Below are positions 1 to 14,207 of a stretch of 64,000 nt of DNA, one piece after another; position 1 is the stretch's first letter, and each line of letters begins with the position of its first letter. The position numbers and the translations under genes are program-made. Origin of the DNA: Phyllobates terribilis (lineage: Eukaryota); the NCBI RefSeq assembly GCF_046119375.1, contig NW_027362769.1, positions 369,148,001 to 369,212,000 on the forward strand, written 5' to 3'. The notes under the pieces are model-generated. The model did not search any database. It was not told the origin of the DNA and worked only from the letters and a program-made list of their open reading frames with translations.

Positions 1-2026
1 ATACCGGGAACACCCCACAAGACCTGTCGTATACAGTGAACATCCCACAAGAACTGCTGTATACTGGGAACATCCCACAAGAACCGCTGTATACTGGGAA
101 CACCTCACAAGACCTGCCATATACAGGGAAAACACTCCAAGACCCTCTGTATATTGGGAACATCCCACAAGAACCGCTGTATACTGGGAGCACCCTACAA
201 GACCTGCCATAAACAGGGAAAACACTCCAAGACCCTCTGTATACTGGGAACAATCCACAAGACCTGCCATATACCAGAACACCCCACAAGACCTGTCGTA
301 TACTGGGAACACCCCACAAGACCTGCCGTATACCAGGAACACCCCACAAGACCCGCCATATACCAGGAACACCCCACAAGACCTGCTGTATACCGGGAAC
401 ACCCCACAAGACCTGCCGTATACAGGGAACATCCCACAAGAAGTGCTGTATACTGGGAACATCCCACAAGAACCGCTGTATACTGGGAACACCCCACAAG
501 ACCTGCCGTATACCGGGAACACCCCACAAGACCTGCCGTATACAGGGAAAACACTCCAAGACCCTCTGTATATTGGGAACATCCCACAAGAACCGCTGTA
601 TACTGGAAGCACCCTACAAGACCTGCCATATACAGGGAAAATACTCCAAGACCCTCTGTATACTGGGAACAATCCACAAGACCTGCCGTATACCAGTAAC
701 ACCCCACAAGACCTGCCGTATACTGGGAACACCCCACAAGACCTGCCGTATACCAGGAACACCCCACAAGACCCGCCATATACCAGGAACACCCCACAAG
801 ACCTGCTGTATACCGGGAACACCCCACAAGACCTGTCGTATACAGTGAACATCCCACAAGAACTGCTGTATACTGGGAACATCCCACAAGAACCGCTGTA
901 TACTGGGAACACCTCACAAGACCTGCCATATACAGGGAAAACACTCCAAGACCCTCTGTATATTGGGAACATCCCACAAGAACCGCTGTATACTGGGAGC
1001 ACCCTACAAGACCTGCCATATACAGGGAAAACACTCTAAGACCCTCTGTATACTGGGAACAATCCACAAGACCTGCCGTATACCAGTAACACCCCACAAG
1101 ACCTGTCGTATACTGGGAACACTCCACAAGACCTGCCGTATACCAGGAACACCCCACAAGACCCGCCATATACCAGGAACACCCCACAAGACCCGCCATA
1201 TACCAGGAACACCCCACAAGACCTGTCGTATACAGTGAACATTCCACAAGAACCGCTGTATACTGGGAGCATCCCACAAGAACCGCTGTATACAGGGAAA
1301 ACACTCCAAGACCCTCTGTATACTGGGAACAATCCACAAGACCTGCCGTATACCAGTAAAACCCCACAAGCCCTGCCGTATACCGGGAACACCCCACAAG
1401 ACCGCCATATACTGGGAACACTCCACAAGACCTGCCGTATACCGGGAACACCACACAAGACCTGCCGTATACCGGGTACACCCCACAAGACCTGCCGTAT
1501 ACCAGGAATACCCCACAAGACCCGCTGTATACCAGGAATACCCCACAAGACCCGCTGTATACCAGGAACACCCCACAAGATCTGCCATATACTGGGAACA
1601 CTCCACAAGATCTGCAGTATACCGGGTACACCCCACAAGACCTGCTGTATACCAGGAACACCCCACAAGACCCGCCATATACCAGGAACACCCCACAAGA
1701 CCTGCCGTATACCGGGAACACTCCACAAGACCTGCCGTATACCAGGAACACCCCACATGACCCGCCGTATACCAGGAACACCCCACAAGACCTGCCGTAT
1801 ACCAGGAACACCCCACAAGACCTGCCGTATACCAGGAACACCCCACAAGACCTGCCGTATACCGGGAACACTCCACAAGACACGCTGTATACAGGGAACA
1901 CCCCACAAGACCTGCCGTATACCGGGAACACCCCACAAGACCTGCCGTATACCGGGAACACTCCACAAGACCTGCCGTATACCGGGAACACTCCACAAGA
2001 CCTGCCGTATAACAGGAACACCTCAT
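1..2026. repeat. 30-bp minisatellite (consensus ~ATACCGGGAACACCCCACAAGACCTGCCGT) with higher-order blocks; runs off the left edge
   Basis: 30-bp periodicity is visible, giving 10-aa periodic ORFs in several frames; blocks recur at 390-bp spacing (ORFs at 573 and 963). Confidence 0.95.
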
Positions 2027-2088
2027 AGAATTTGCTGTTGAGGATACATCCCCTCCCTGACAGGCGCCATTGCCCCCAGATGTTAATG

Positions 2089-2520
2089 TCAGAGCTGAGC
2101 AGTGAAATCTTCTGAGTCGTCCTCTACAATCAACTTGCTAAATTTTCTATTCATATATTTCTTATTTATATCTGTTTTTGGGAAAGCTGAGTAGCAATGA
2201 ATATGCACGAGCCAATGGAGATCCCACAGGGTCGTCACCCAGCTTTTCTCAGCTGTTCTGCCGTTCAGGGCTTTAAGAAAGTTGGGTGGCAATGCTCTGC
2301 TATCTCTTATGTGTAGTAAAATCCTTGCAGATATCAAGTACAGAATAATAAAACAGAATACAAGAAGGTTGTGGAGGGTGAAGAACCCTACAACCCAAGA
2401 TGGCTGGAAAAGCACCTGTAACATAAAAGCCAGGACCACAAATGACAAAATGGCTATAAACTGCCCCCTACATGTAGTAAAGTGTCCGGGCGCAGCCACA
2501 GAATGAAGGATCCTGTCCGG
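2089..2520 (-). other. Unassigned hydrophobic open frame (~140 codons), possibly an exon of an unidentified gene
   Basis: Non-repetitive open frame with two hydrophobic stretches; no ATG start, poor acceptor and no recognisable family. Confidence 0.15.
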
Positions 2521-2976
2521 TTACCACCTATATTACCCAGAAATGGGAGGCACTAACAACAGTAACATCGTTATATCTATAAAAGTACCATCTACCAAAA
2601 TATAACGTTTTTTTTTTTTTTGTTAAAAAAAGAAGAAAACGCCAGAATTGCTGTTTTTTTTGTTGCTGTACTTCCCCCCAAAAATGCAATAGAAAACGAT
2701 CAAAACGCTATATGGACCCCAAAACATACCAATAAAAACTACAGCTGCCATCCTAAAAGAAAAAAGTTTAGAAAAAGAAAAAAGTTACTGGTCTCGGAAA
2801 ATAGTGACAAAAATCAAACTTTTTTTTTAAACTTTTTACAAAGTTCTGAACTTTTTTAAAAGCATATAACAGCAGAGAAGACCATAGTGGACCTATGTAG
2901 GATTACACAAGATTGATCTTCCTACAGAACGTTCATCCATCAAGTCGCCATGGCTCGAGATAGAACCAAAGGCCAT

Positions 2977-2979
<3 letters not shown>

Positions 2980-3023
<44 letters not shown>
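2980..3023. repeat. (TA)n microsatellite
   Basis: Direct inspection. Confidence 0.95.
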
Positions 3024-3028
<5 letters not shown>

Positions 3029-3554
3029 AAGGAGCCCCCGCCCCCAATCATGATGGTGCAAGTGGGGCAAATTGGGCGAAATCTATCCAAAATGCTGAAT
3101 GATACAAACTCACTCAACTTGCACATTACACTCTTTTTTTTTACATACATGTATATTAATGACTTGCACCAAAAAATAAAAAATGCTGCACATTTTACGC
3201 TACTTATCGCAATTTATTTAAAAATTTGGGCAAATTTTCCCTATAAATGTCCCGCACAGATTAACATTTTTGAAAGTAAATTTTTCGGCAATTTCGTAAT
3301 AATATTTAATTCTGACATTTGCTACAATTTTAACTATATATTTAACATTGTAGCAAACGTCAAAATGAAATATTATTATGAAATCACCAAAAACTTTACT
3401 TTTAAAAAATGTTTATCGAAAGCTCAAGTTTCCATCCCACTCCACCTGCAGAGGACACACCAGGCTGCTCTCCTGCGGCAGCCACAGAGGAGGGGTTTGT
3501 AGACAATACCTTTAAACGGTTGAAAAACCTCCACAATCTGATTGGACCCTGCAT

Positions 3555-3830
3555 GCACAGGGTACTTGGCAACCGACAACCAATCAGATGTCAGAGTTCT
3601 GTTTAAAGGGCTAAGCTCCCTGGGGAGGTAAGGTGGCAGAGGCTGCAGCTCAGTGTACGGTGGGATCATTTATCAGAGAACATCGGCCCCAACCCTCGAA
3701 TCCTTCCCCCAGGTGAGACCTTCTTATGCTTTATATGTCTTTCATGCAATTTTAGCTTGTTATCACTTTTAGATTCTTCCTAGAGAAATGCTTCCATAAC
3801 TGGGGTGGAACTACAAGTCTCAGCATGCCG
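3555..3830 (+). promoter_or_regulatory. Candidate promoter or first exon: RFX half-site, CCAAT, donor at 3713, ZNF143/Staf-like motif
   Basis: GGCAAC at ~3568, CCAATCAG at ~3581, CCCCAG|GTGAGA at 3712/3713 and ACTACAAGTCTCAGCATGC at ~3810. Motif matches only. Confidence 0.3.
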
Positions 3831-4479
3831 GACTAATAGGGCACACTTATGGTGGTGACCCATTACCGAGAATTAACCTTAATGATGCAAACCCCCCTCC
3901 CAAAAAAAAAAGACAAATTCAGCTCTGCTACATCTCTATAGATAAAAGTGCATAGATGGCATAGGGGTGTTGTAGGGTCGGGGGCATCGTGGGTTCGGAG
4001 GAGTATTGGCCACCTGTTTGCCGATCAGATTGCCAGGTGATTTGATCCGGTCACACATATCTCAGGGAAGCGTCACCTCCTGCACATCAGCTGTTACAGG
4101 GAAGACCGCCGACATGGCGGATACGCCTCTACTTCTATATCATCTCCATTGATCCTCACATCAAAGGACAAAATCCTCAACTTTCCCCACTTTTTCCGAG
4201 CAAGGCACTTTTTTATAGAAAGTATTATATATCTGCAGTTTTCTGTACTGTCCCAGTGCGCGGAGGTAGCAGAGCTGAGCTTGTCATCTGGCACACAGCG
4301 TTGTGACACTGAGTTGTGGGGTCTATGGTAATGCACAGTATCGTCCTGCATCTGTATAGTCATTTATCACACTGATAAGCAGCCTGGTAGAAGTGCACGA
4401 CACGTTCAGCTCAGCTACATCTGAACATTACAAGTACCATTCTCTTCTTACATTGATTGTAATACAAACCACAGCGATA

Positions 4480-5930
4480 CTGTATCCTGCTATCACATGG
4501 GGCATCACACTTTACTACTATATCACCCTGTAATACCGCTACATCTTACTAGCATGTCACACCGTAATACCATCATATGTTACTAGTGTATCAAACTGTA
4601 ATACCACTGTCACACCGTTATACCATCATATGTTACTAGTGTATAAAACCGTAATAACATTATATCACACCGTAATCCTATCATATGTTGTTAGTGTATA
4701 AAGCCGTAATACCTCTGTCACACTGTAATACTATCATATGTTACTACTGTATAAAACCGTAATACCACTTTAATCACACCGTAATCCTATCACATGTTGT
4801 TAGTGTATAAAGCCATAGCACTATTATATGAAACCGTAATACTATCATATCATACTGTAATACTATACTACCACCCCATAATACTATCAAATTACATTGT
4901 AATGCTACCATATCACACTGTCATACTATCATATCACACCATAATGCAATCATATGTTGCTAGTGTATAAAGCTGTAATACTACATGACACCGTAATACT
5001 ATTATATCACACTGTAATACTATCATATCACCCAATAATACTATCAAATTACACTATAATACTACCATATCACACCGTAATACTATCACATCACCCATAA
5101 TACTATCATATTAAACCGTAATGCTATCATATGGTGCATCACACTTTACTACAACTATGTCACCCTGTAATACCATTATATTTTACAAGCATGTGACACT
5201 TTAATACTATCATATCTTACTAATGATTAAAACCATAATAATAACATATCTTATTAGTGTATAAAACTGTTATACTATAATATCAAACCATAATACTATT
5301 ATATCACACTGTAATGCTAGCATATCTTAATAGCTTATAAAACCGTAATACTATCATATCACATCATAATGCTAACATATGGTGCTCCACATTTTAATAC
5401 AACTATGTTACCCTGTAATACCATTGTATCATACTAGCATATCATACCGTAATAGTCATATCTTACTGATGTATAAAACCGTAATACTAACATATTTTAT
5501 TAGTGTACAAATCTGTAATACTATCACATCTCAGTCGTGTATCACACCGTAACGCCATCATAACTTACTATCCCTGGGGGACACAGGCAGAAGAGGGCCC
5601 CTGTGCAGGAGCGATATATGGGCCCTTCACAGTCCAATATATAGTCATAATGCACAATTCCACCTGCTCTGGGGGTGGTAGTGGTCTCCTTACCTCTTGG
5701 GCAACTGTGCGGTTGTACAGGTTGCACCAATGGTATGTCCACCCCTGCTTAATACCATATTACACCATAATACTATAAAATCACACCGTAATCATACCAT
5801 ATCGCACTATCCTACTATCATATGTCAACTATATTCAACCAGTGTTTGATCATGTAATGTTATCACCTGACTACTATATCCTACTATCACGCTATTATAT
5901 CGTACTATCAAATCAGAAAGCACTGAAAGA
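4480..5930. repeat. Degenerate AT-rich tandem repeat (ATCACACCGTAATACTATCAT-like)
   Basis: Recurring ccgtaatact/atcatat motifs. Confidence 0.85.
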
Positions 5931-6007
5931 AGAGGACCCTCTATACCACACTTGTGAAACTCTGGCCCGTGGGCCAAATCTGTCCCGTGACCCAAGAACC
6001 ATCACCC

Positions 6008-9000
6008 CTATGTGGGGCCCATTATACTGTATGGAGGACTATGTGGGGCCATTATTCTGTGTGGGGGACTATGTGGTGCCCATTATACTGTATGGAGGAC
6101 TATGTGGGGCCATTATACTGTATGGAGGACTATGTGGGGCCATTATTCTGTATGGAGGACTATGTGGGGCCATTATTCTGTATGAAGGACTATGTGCCAT
6201 CATTCTGTATGGAGGACTATGTGGGGCCCATTATTCTGTATGGAGGACTATGTGGGGCCCATTATACTGTATGGAGGACTATGTGGGGTCATTATTCTGT
6301 GTGGGGGACTATGTGGGGCCATTATTCTGTATGAAGGACTATGTGGGGCCATTATTCTGTATGGAGGACTATGTGGGGCCATTATTCTGTATGAAGGACT
6401 ATGTGGGGCCATTATTCTGTATGGAGGACTATGTGGGGCCATTATTCTGTATGGAGGACTATGTGTGGCCCATTATACTGTATGGAGGACTATGTGGGGT
6501 CATTATTCTGCATAGAGGACTATGTGCTGCCCATTATACTGTATGGAGGACTATGTGGGGTCATTATTCTGTGTGGAGGACTATGTGGGGCCATTATTCT
6601 GTATGGAGGACTATATGGGGCCCATTATTCTGTATGAAGGACTATGTGGGGCCATTATTCTGTGTGGAGGACTATGTGGGGCCATTATTCTGTATGGAGG
6701 ACTATATGGGGCCCATTATTCTGTATGGAGGACTATGTGGGGCCATTATTCTGTATGAAGGACTATGTGGGGCCATTATTCTGTATGGAGGACTATGTGG
6801 GGCCATTATTCTGTATGGAGGACTATGTGGGGCCATTATTCTGTATGGAGGACTATGTGGGGCCATTATTCTGTATGAAGGACTATGTGCCATCATTCTG
6901 TATGGAGGACTATGTGGGGCCCATTATTCTGTATGGAGGACTATGTGGGGCCCATTATACTGTATGGAGGACTATGTGGGGTCATTATTCTGTGTGGGGG
7001 ACTATGTGGGGCCATTATTCTGTATGAAGGACTATGTGGGGCCATTATTCTGTATGGAGGACTATGTGGGGCCATTATTCTGTATGAAGGACTATGTGGG
7101 GCCATTATTCTGTATGGAGGACTATGTGGGGCCATTATTCTGTATGGAGGACTATGTGTGGCCCATTATACTGTATGGAGGACTATGTGGGGTCATTATT
7201 CTGCATAGAGGACTATGTGCTGCCCATTATACTGTATGGAGGACTATGTGGAGTCATTATTCTGTGTGGAGGACTATGTGGGGCCATTATTCTGTATGGA
7301 GGACTATATGGGGCCCATTATTCTGTATGAAGGACTATGTGGGGCCATTATTCTGTATGGAGGACTATGTGGGGCCATTATTCTGTATGGAGGACTATGT
7401 GGGGCCATTATTCTGTATGGAGGACTATGTGGGGTCATTATTCTGCATAGAGGACTATGTGGGGCCATTATCCTGTATGGAGGACTATGTGGGGTCATTA
7501 TTCTGCATAGAGGACTATGTGCTGCCCATTATACTGTATGGAGGACTATGTGGGGCCATTATTCTGTGTGGGGGACTATGTGGTGCCCATTATACTGTAT
7601 GGAGGACTATGTGGGGCCATTATACTGTATGTAGGACTATGTGGGGCCATTATTCTGTATGAAGGACTATGTGCCATCATTCTGTATGGAGAACTATGTG
7701 GGGCCCATTATTCTGTATGGAGGACTATGTGGGGCCCATTATACTGTATGGAGGACTATGTGGGGTCATTATTCTGTGTGGGGACTATGTGGGGCCATTA
7801 TTCTGTATGAAGGACTATGTGGGGCCATTATTCTGTATGGAGGACTATGTGGGGCCATTATTCTGTATGAAGGACTATGTGGGGCCATTATTCTGTATGG
7901 AGGACTATGTGGGGCCATTATTCTGTATGGAGGACTATGTGGGGCCCATTATACTGTATGGAGGACTATGTGGGGTCATTATTCTGCATAGAGGACTATG
8001 TGCTGCCCATTATACTGTGTGGAGGACTATGTGGGGTTATTATACTGTGTGGAGGACTATGTGGGGCCATTATTCTGTATGGAGGACTATATGGGGCCCA
8101 TTATTCTGTATGGAGGACTATGTGGGGCCATTATTCTGTATGGAGGACTATGTGGGGCCATTATTCTGTATGGAGGACTATGTGTGGCCCATTATACTGT
8201 ATGGAGGACTATGTGGGGTCATTATTCTGCATAGAGGACTATGTGCTGCCCATTATACTGTATGGAGGACTATGTGGGGCCATTATTCTCTATGGAGGAC
8301 TATATGGGGCCCATTATTCTGTATGAAGGACTATGTGGGGCCATTATTCTGTATGGAGGACTATGTGGGGCCATTATTCTGTATGGAGGACTATGTGGGG
8401 CCATTATTCTGTATGGAGGACTATGTGGGTTCATTATTCTGCATAGAGGACTATGTGGGGCCATTATACTGTATGGAGGACTATGTGGGGTCATTATTCT
8501 GTGTGGAGGACTATGTGGGGCCATTATTCTGTATGGAGGACTATGTGTGGCCCATTATACTGTATGTAGGACTATGTGGGGTCATTATTCTGCATAGAGG
8601 ACTATGTGCTGCCCATTATACTGTATGGAGGACTATGTGGGGTCATTATTCTGTGTGAAGGACTATGTGGGGCCATTATTCTGTATGGAGGACTATGTGG
8701 GGCCCATTATTCTGTATGAAGGACTATGTGGGGCCATTATTCTGTATGGAGGACTATGTGGGGCCATTATTCTGTATGGAGGACTATGTGGGGCCATTAT
8801 TCTGTATGGAGGACTATGTGGGGCCCATTATTCTGTATGGAGGACTATGTGGGGCCCATTATTCTGTATGAAAGACTATGTGGGGCCCATTATTCTGTAT
8901 GGAGGACTATGTGGGGCCCATTATTCTGTATGGATGACTATGTGGGGCCCATTATACTGTATGGAGGACTATGTGGGGTCATTATTCTGTGTGGGGACTA

Positions 9001-10398
9001 TGTGGGGCCATTATTCTGTATGAAGGACTATGTGGGGCCATTATTCTGTATGGAGGACTATGTGGGGCCATTATTCTGTATGAAGGACTATGTTGGGCCA
9101 TTATTCTGTATGGAGGACTATGTGGGGCCATTATTCTGTATGGAGGACTATGTGGGGCCCATTATACTGTATGGAGGACTATGTGGGGTCATTATTCTGC
9201 ATAGAGGACTATGTGCTGCCCATTATACTGTGTGGAGGACTATGTGGGGTCATTATTCTGTGTGGAGGACTATGTGGGGCCATTATTCTGTATGGAGGAC
9301 TATATGGGGCCCATTATTCTGTATGGAGGACTATGTGGGGCCATTATTCTGTATGGAGGACTATGTGGGGCCATTATTCTGTATGGAGGACTATGTGTGG
9401 CCCATTATACTGTATGGAGTACTATGTGGGGTCATTATTCTGCATAGAGGACTATGTGCTGCCCATTATACTGTATGGAGGACTATGTGGGGCCATTATT
9501 CTCTATGGAGGACTATATGGGGCCCATTATTCTGTATGAAGGACTATGTGGGGCCATTATTCTGTATGGAGGACTATGTGGGGCCATTATTCTGTATGGA
9601 GGACTATGTGGGGCCATTATTCTGTATGGAGGACTATGTGGGTTCATTATTCTGCATAGAGGACTATGTGGGGCCATTATACTGTATGGAGGACTATGTG
9701 GGGTCATTATTCTGTGTGAAGGACTATGTGGGGCCATTATTCTGTATGGAGGACTATGTGGGGCCCATTATTCTGTATGAAGGACTATGTGGGGCCATTA
9801 TTCTGTATGGAGGACTATGTGGGGCCATTATTCTGTATGGAGGACTATGTGGGGCCATTATTCTGTATGGAGGACTATGTGGGGCCCATTATTCTGTATG
9901 GAGGACTATGTGGGGCCCATTATTCTGTATGAAAGACTATGTGGGGCCCATTATTCTGTATGGAGGACTATGTGGGGCCATTATTCTGTATGGAGGACTA
10001 TGTGGGGCCCATTATTCTGTATGGAGGACTATGTGGGGCCCATTATTCTGTATGAAAGACTATGTGGGGCCCATTATTCTGTATGGAGGACTATGTGTGG
10101 CCCATTATACTGTATGGAGGACTATGTGGGGCCATTATACTGTCATTATACTGTATGGAGGACTATGTGTAGCCATTATGCTGTATGGAGGACTATGTGG
10201 GGCCATTATTCTGTATGAAGGACTATGTGGGGCCCATTATACTGTATGGAGGACTATGGGGGGGCCATTATACTGTATAGAGGACTATGTGGGGTCATTA
10301 TTTTGCATAGAGGACTATGTGGGGCCATTATTCTGCATGGACAACTTTATGGGGCCATTATTCTGTATGGAGGTTTATGTGGAGCCCATTATTCTGTA
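6008..10398. repeat. ~4.4-kb 30-bp minisatellite (GGAGGACTATGTGGGGCCATTATTCTGTAT) with 28/31-bp variants and higher-order duplications
   Basis: 10-aa periodic ORFs (MEDYVGPLFC); ORF blocks repeat at 693-bp and 1213-bp offsets. Confidence 0.97.
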
Positions 10399-10849
10399 CA
10401 CTGGTTGGCCCGCGACTTTGTCCAAGTTTTTCATTTTGGCCCTCTGTGTGTTTGAGTTTGACATCCCTGCTCTATATGGTACATGGGTCTCTATATTTTC
10501 AATAGCTCTTCATCAATTGCCACCATTATAGGCCGACAATTATAAAATCTTCAGTAAATGTGAGCCGTAAAATCCATTACCTCTGCCCCTTATACAGTGT
10601 CCTCCTTTATTAACTTCTAGTGCCCGATGTATCTGCACTTTACAAATATGTTATAGCCGCCTCTGATCAGATCTTATTATCCCACCCTCATACTTTCATG
10701 TCTCACTCTTATGTCCCACTGTCACATTGTCTGATCTAAGTACGGTATTTCGTGTGATCACGGTATGCCATAATGGGACATGGGATCCTTATAATTTAGT
10801 GATTCCTCGTTACAAGCTAGGAGAGGGTTTGCATTAGCGTATGTGACTG

Positions 10850-10935
10850 CGCTCCCTGGGTGACCCGGGCACACGCGCAGGCTGCTGGAACAAGCGCTAT
10901 TTGTTCTGAGAACGTTTGAACAAACAGTCCCTGGG
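10850..10935 (+). other. foxj1.2: Candidate non-coding first exon of foxj1.2
   Basis: The coding exon begins with an acceptor (tttgcag|gggaccATG at 12142/12143), so an upstream exon is required. This GC-richer patch ends in CTGGG|GTGAGG (GT at 10936). The start is a guess. Confidence 0.3.
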
Positions 10936-12148
10936 GTGAGGTCTTGGGGGAGGTGGTGCCGCGGTGACTGTGCCCATTGCGGGATATTATCCGGCTATAT
11001 TTACTGTCATTAGGGAAGAGGCAGCTAAATGGAGAGCAAACGGCAAACAAGTGGGGACAGAGGCTTGAAGGAAAGGCATGTAACTAGCCTGTTTTATATG
11101 GCACCATATAGATGACAACCTATGTTACTCCCTCCTCCCTCTTGTAAATTGCCCTAAACTGCAATACCATATACAACCTGCAGACAGGGGGGCGCTGTCT
11201 TTTTTTTTTTTTTTATTGGTGGAAAAACCCTTTTAATAATTCAATTTGCTACTGTTGGTAACTGTGCATGTGCGACGTATAATACAAGACTCTCCCTCCA
11301 GTCTCACAGGTACCAAGGCATGGGTGCCACTGGTACCTCTGCAGCCCTATGGCTATGACCATGTGGTTTTTTATGACATATGGGTAAGATGAGTTAATCA
11401 TTATCGTATCTCTGCTAGAAGTAACTTTAATCGTCATCATGATAAATAGATTAAGGAAATTATAATAATTTCTTAAAGGGATTGTCCATGTTCGGAAAAC
11501 ATTTTTTTGGGTAAGAAGGGTCACACAAGATAATAAACTGATAGAATAATTGTAATCTACATGGAGCATCCATTCATCACCCATTTTAGATATTTTAGAA
11601 CATTCCTTAAAGGGACTGTCCACTATCTACAAGAAAAAAAGGTTCAAAGAAAATAGAGGGTCGGACAGTGCCCTGAATGTAGTGGGGAGGGTAGAATATT
11701 TTTTTGTAACCCATTAGGAAACTTAAAAAAAAAAATGGTAGAAGTGGACAACCCCTTTAAAAGATATTAAAGGAGCATCATTCAAGCATATGGACTGCAG
11801 TCTCATGGTACAGTGACCTGGGCATGCATGCAAGGAATTTGGGTTTGTTATACTAGTAATGATTATGGGAGTTGCTTTATCTCTTAAAGTGATATTCCAG
11901 AAAGATGATTGCACACATCCCTGGTTCTCCCATACTCCATGATTGAGAAGGGTCATATAACACTGTTCATCCTAAGCATCCTGGTTCATGCAGACCTACT
12001 TTGATAGTTACACAGATGGAGCAAAATAATAATAAAAACAAGGACCATAGATGGATGTAGATGGTTGTATGCCAACAGCTAGGTCTTACTTACTAAATAA
12101 TTGTGATGAATTTATTACAGATCTGCCATTGGTCCTTTGCAGGGGACC

Positions 12149-12607
12149 ATGCCTGTCCTTTCTTCCAACCATCAAACTTCTCACATGGATAAGGACAATA
12201 TCCGAGAAGATGACAGTTTAACCAACCTACAGTGGCTTCAAGACTTTTCCATTTGGAGCTCAGACTTGACTTCATTTGCTAATTCTTGTCCTCCTGCAAC
12301 CAACAAGACTCAAGGTCCGTGTAGCCCTCCAGCTGGAGATACGGCCTCCTTCCAGGCTCCTCGTACAGGGAAACAGAGGTCCAACATCGGATCCAATGCC
12401 TGGCCATCTTTACCTTCTTCTGGACCAAATCCCATGCAGGAAGTGGATTATAGAACAAATCCTAATGTTAAACCGCCATATTCCTATGCCACCCTCATAT
12501 GCATGGCCATGGAGGCCAGCCAGCAGAGAAAACTGACCCTGTCCGCCATATACAACTGGATCACCCAGAACTTCTGCTACTATAGGCATGCTGACCCGAG
12601 CTGGCAG
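12149..12607 (+). CDS. foxj1.2: FOXJ1-family forkhead transcription factor, coding exon 1
   Basis: MPVL start, DDSLTNLQWLQDFSI and SPPAGDTA FoxJ1 motifs, forkhead N-half KPPYSYATLICMAM...WQ, donor CAG|GTAAGA at 12607/12608. The .2 paralogue call is an inference from the MPVL-type N-terminus and short length. Confidence 0.93.
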
Positions 12608-14207
12608 GTAAGATCTGTTTACTGCTATAACCTTGGACAAGATCACCAATTTCCAAAGTATCTAGATGGAGGTCCTAGCAAGAGGGATAGCCAAAGCTGC
12701 CACGTACCATGTCCCTACCTGATGTGGCCCCCAGAGTCACCAGGGTCAGGTATAACTTAGGTTCTAGTAGACCATATTGTGGCCATAAAAAGTGAACTAA
12801 GTCAAGGCCTACTTGGTTTTAGGACTGGTACCAACTCAAGTTTTCCCAGTATCAAGGACGATTGAAGCGTATGAGTGTGTATGTTGTAGATGTAGGCATG
12901 TGGCAGAGGACCAAGGGTAGTCTCGTAGTCAGGAAGGTGTCCCATAAATGTTTGTTCATACTATTTTTTGCTGAGTTTTTGGAATTGAAACTGAGCAGAA
13001 ACTCCAATTTTTTGAGGAGTTTTGTGTTTTTGAGGAAAATTTGGACAGTCACCGGCCGCCAACTTCCTGCTCCAAAAACTCTATAGAAAACTCAGTGTGA
13101 GCATACCGTAACTGTTCTCTGAAATAAGCCCCCAATCTGGTCCTTTAGTCCACATATATTGCATAACTAGTTTTCTCCCAGACCTTCCAATTCAGAACTC
13201 TAGAAACTCAACGTAGAGTCCTCTAACAGGTCCCTTAAGGACTTTTTATATCTGGTTCATCTGTAGTATTTAATGACGCTACAAGTATAGGATCGAGGTA
13301 GGACCTAATTTGAAAACTTGAGGATCAGCAAATCTTAACTATAAATCTAAATAAGAAAACGGAGATTGAGATGGTGATGACTGACATCATCTTTACTGTC
13401 TGTGTAGGAGACACGAGGTCTAGGATATTGGTGACCTAAAGTATCTGCATACAGAAGGTAATAGCTATAGGACAAAGGTAACTGAGCTTTGTCAGTGACG
13501 GTAGATGTAATTCAATAATTTAGGGTCATATCACAAGGTAAAGGCATATTTTGGAAGCCCCTTCACATGTGGTTGCAAATTCTGCATCCCCTATAATTAC
13601 GTCCCCATCAGGCAGCAATGTGGACATAGACTATCTTGCATAGCCTGAATTTTTGGCTAGAAATACTTCCTTCTTAGATACATACCCTGGGATATTACAT
13701 TTGTCCTTTTTTTGTTTTGACCCACAGAGCATCTGTGCGTCTACTCTTACTTCTTGATAGGACATGAAAGGACTTCAGTGTAAAGGGCATAAGAGGAGTT
13801 TTGTATGGCGAGGGAATCAATGACCTGTTCATGTTGAGGTGGGAATCCTCCTGTGACTATGGTACACTGCATTATTCATGACCAGCCTCATCTTTTGGTG
13901 AGGTCCTTGCCAGGTGTCCTTCTATAGTCAACTGTAGACTACCTGCCTGGCTGTCAGAGACAGCTGCATAATGGGGCACTTTGTCCTGCCAGTAAGGGAC
14001 ACCTGAGCAGGTATGATGTGGGGGAAGACAGAGATGATGGGATCATTCATCAACTTTTCAGCAGTCATACTCCATTAACCAGACTTGAAGTAGGCAACGT
14101 GTTGCACCAATTGTGGTGGAACCGCACATCTTATGTATGCATAAACTTGTACATTAGAGCATCTGTCTCATCATTCCTTCCATCTTCCATCCTTTTTTCC
14201 ATTTCAG

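Noticed and set aside
154-2041. Long ORFs up to 608 aa
   Set aside because: Open in many frames on both strands with a 10-aa period; these are translations of a 30-bp minisatellite.
5842-10531. 600-aa MEDYVGPLFC ORFs
   Set aside because: Minisatellite translation with frequent 1-bp frame shifts.
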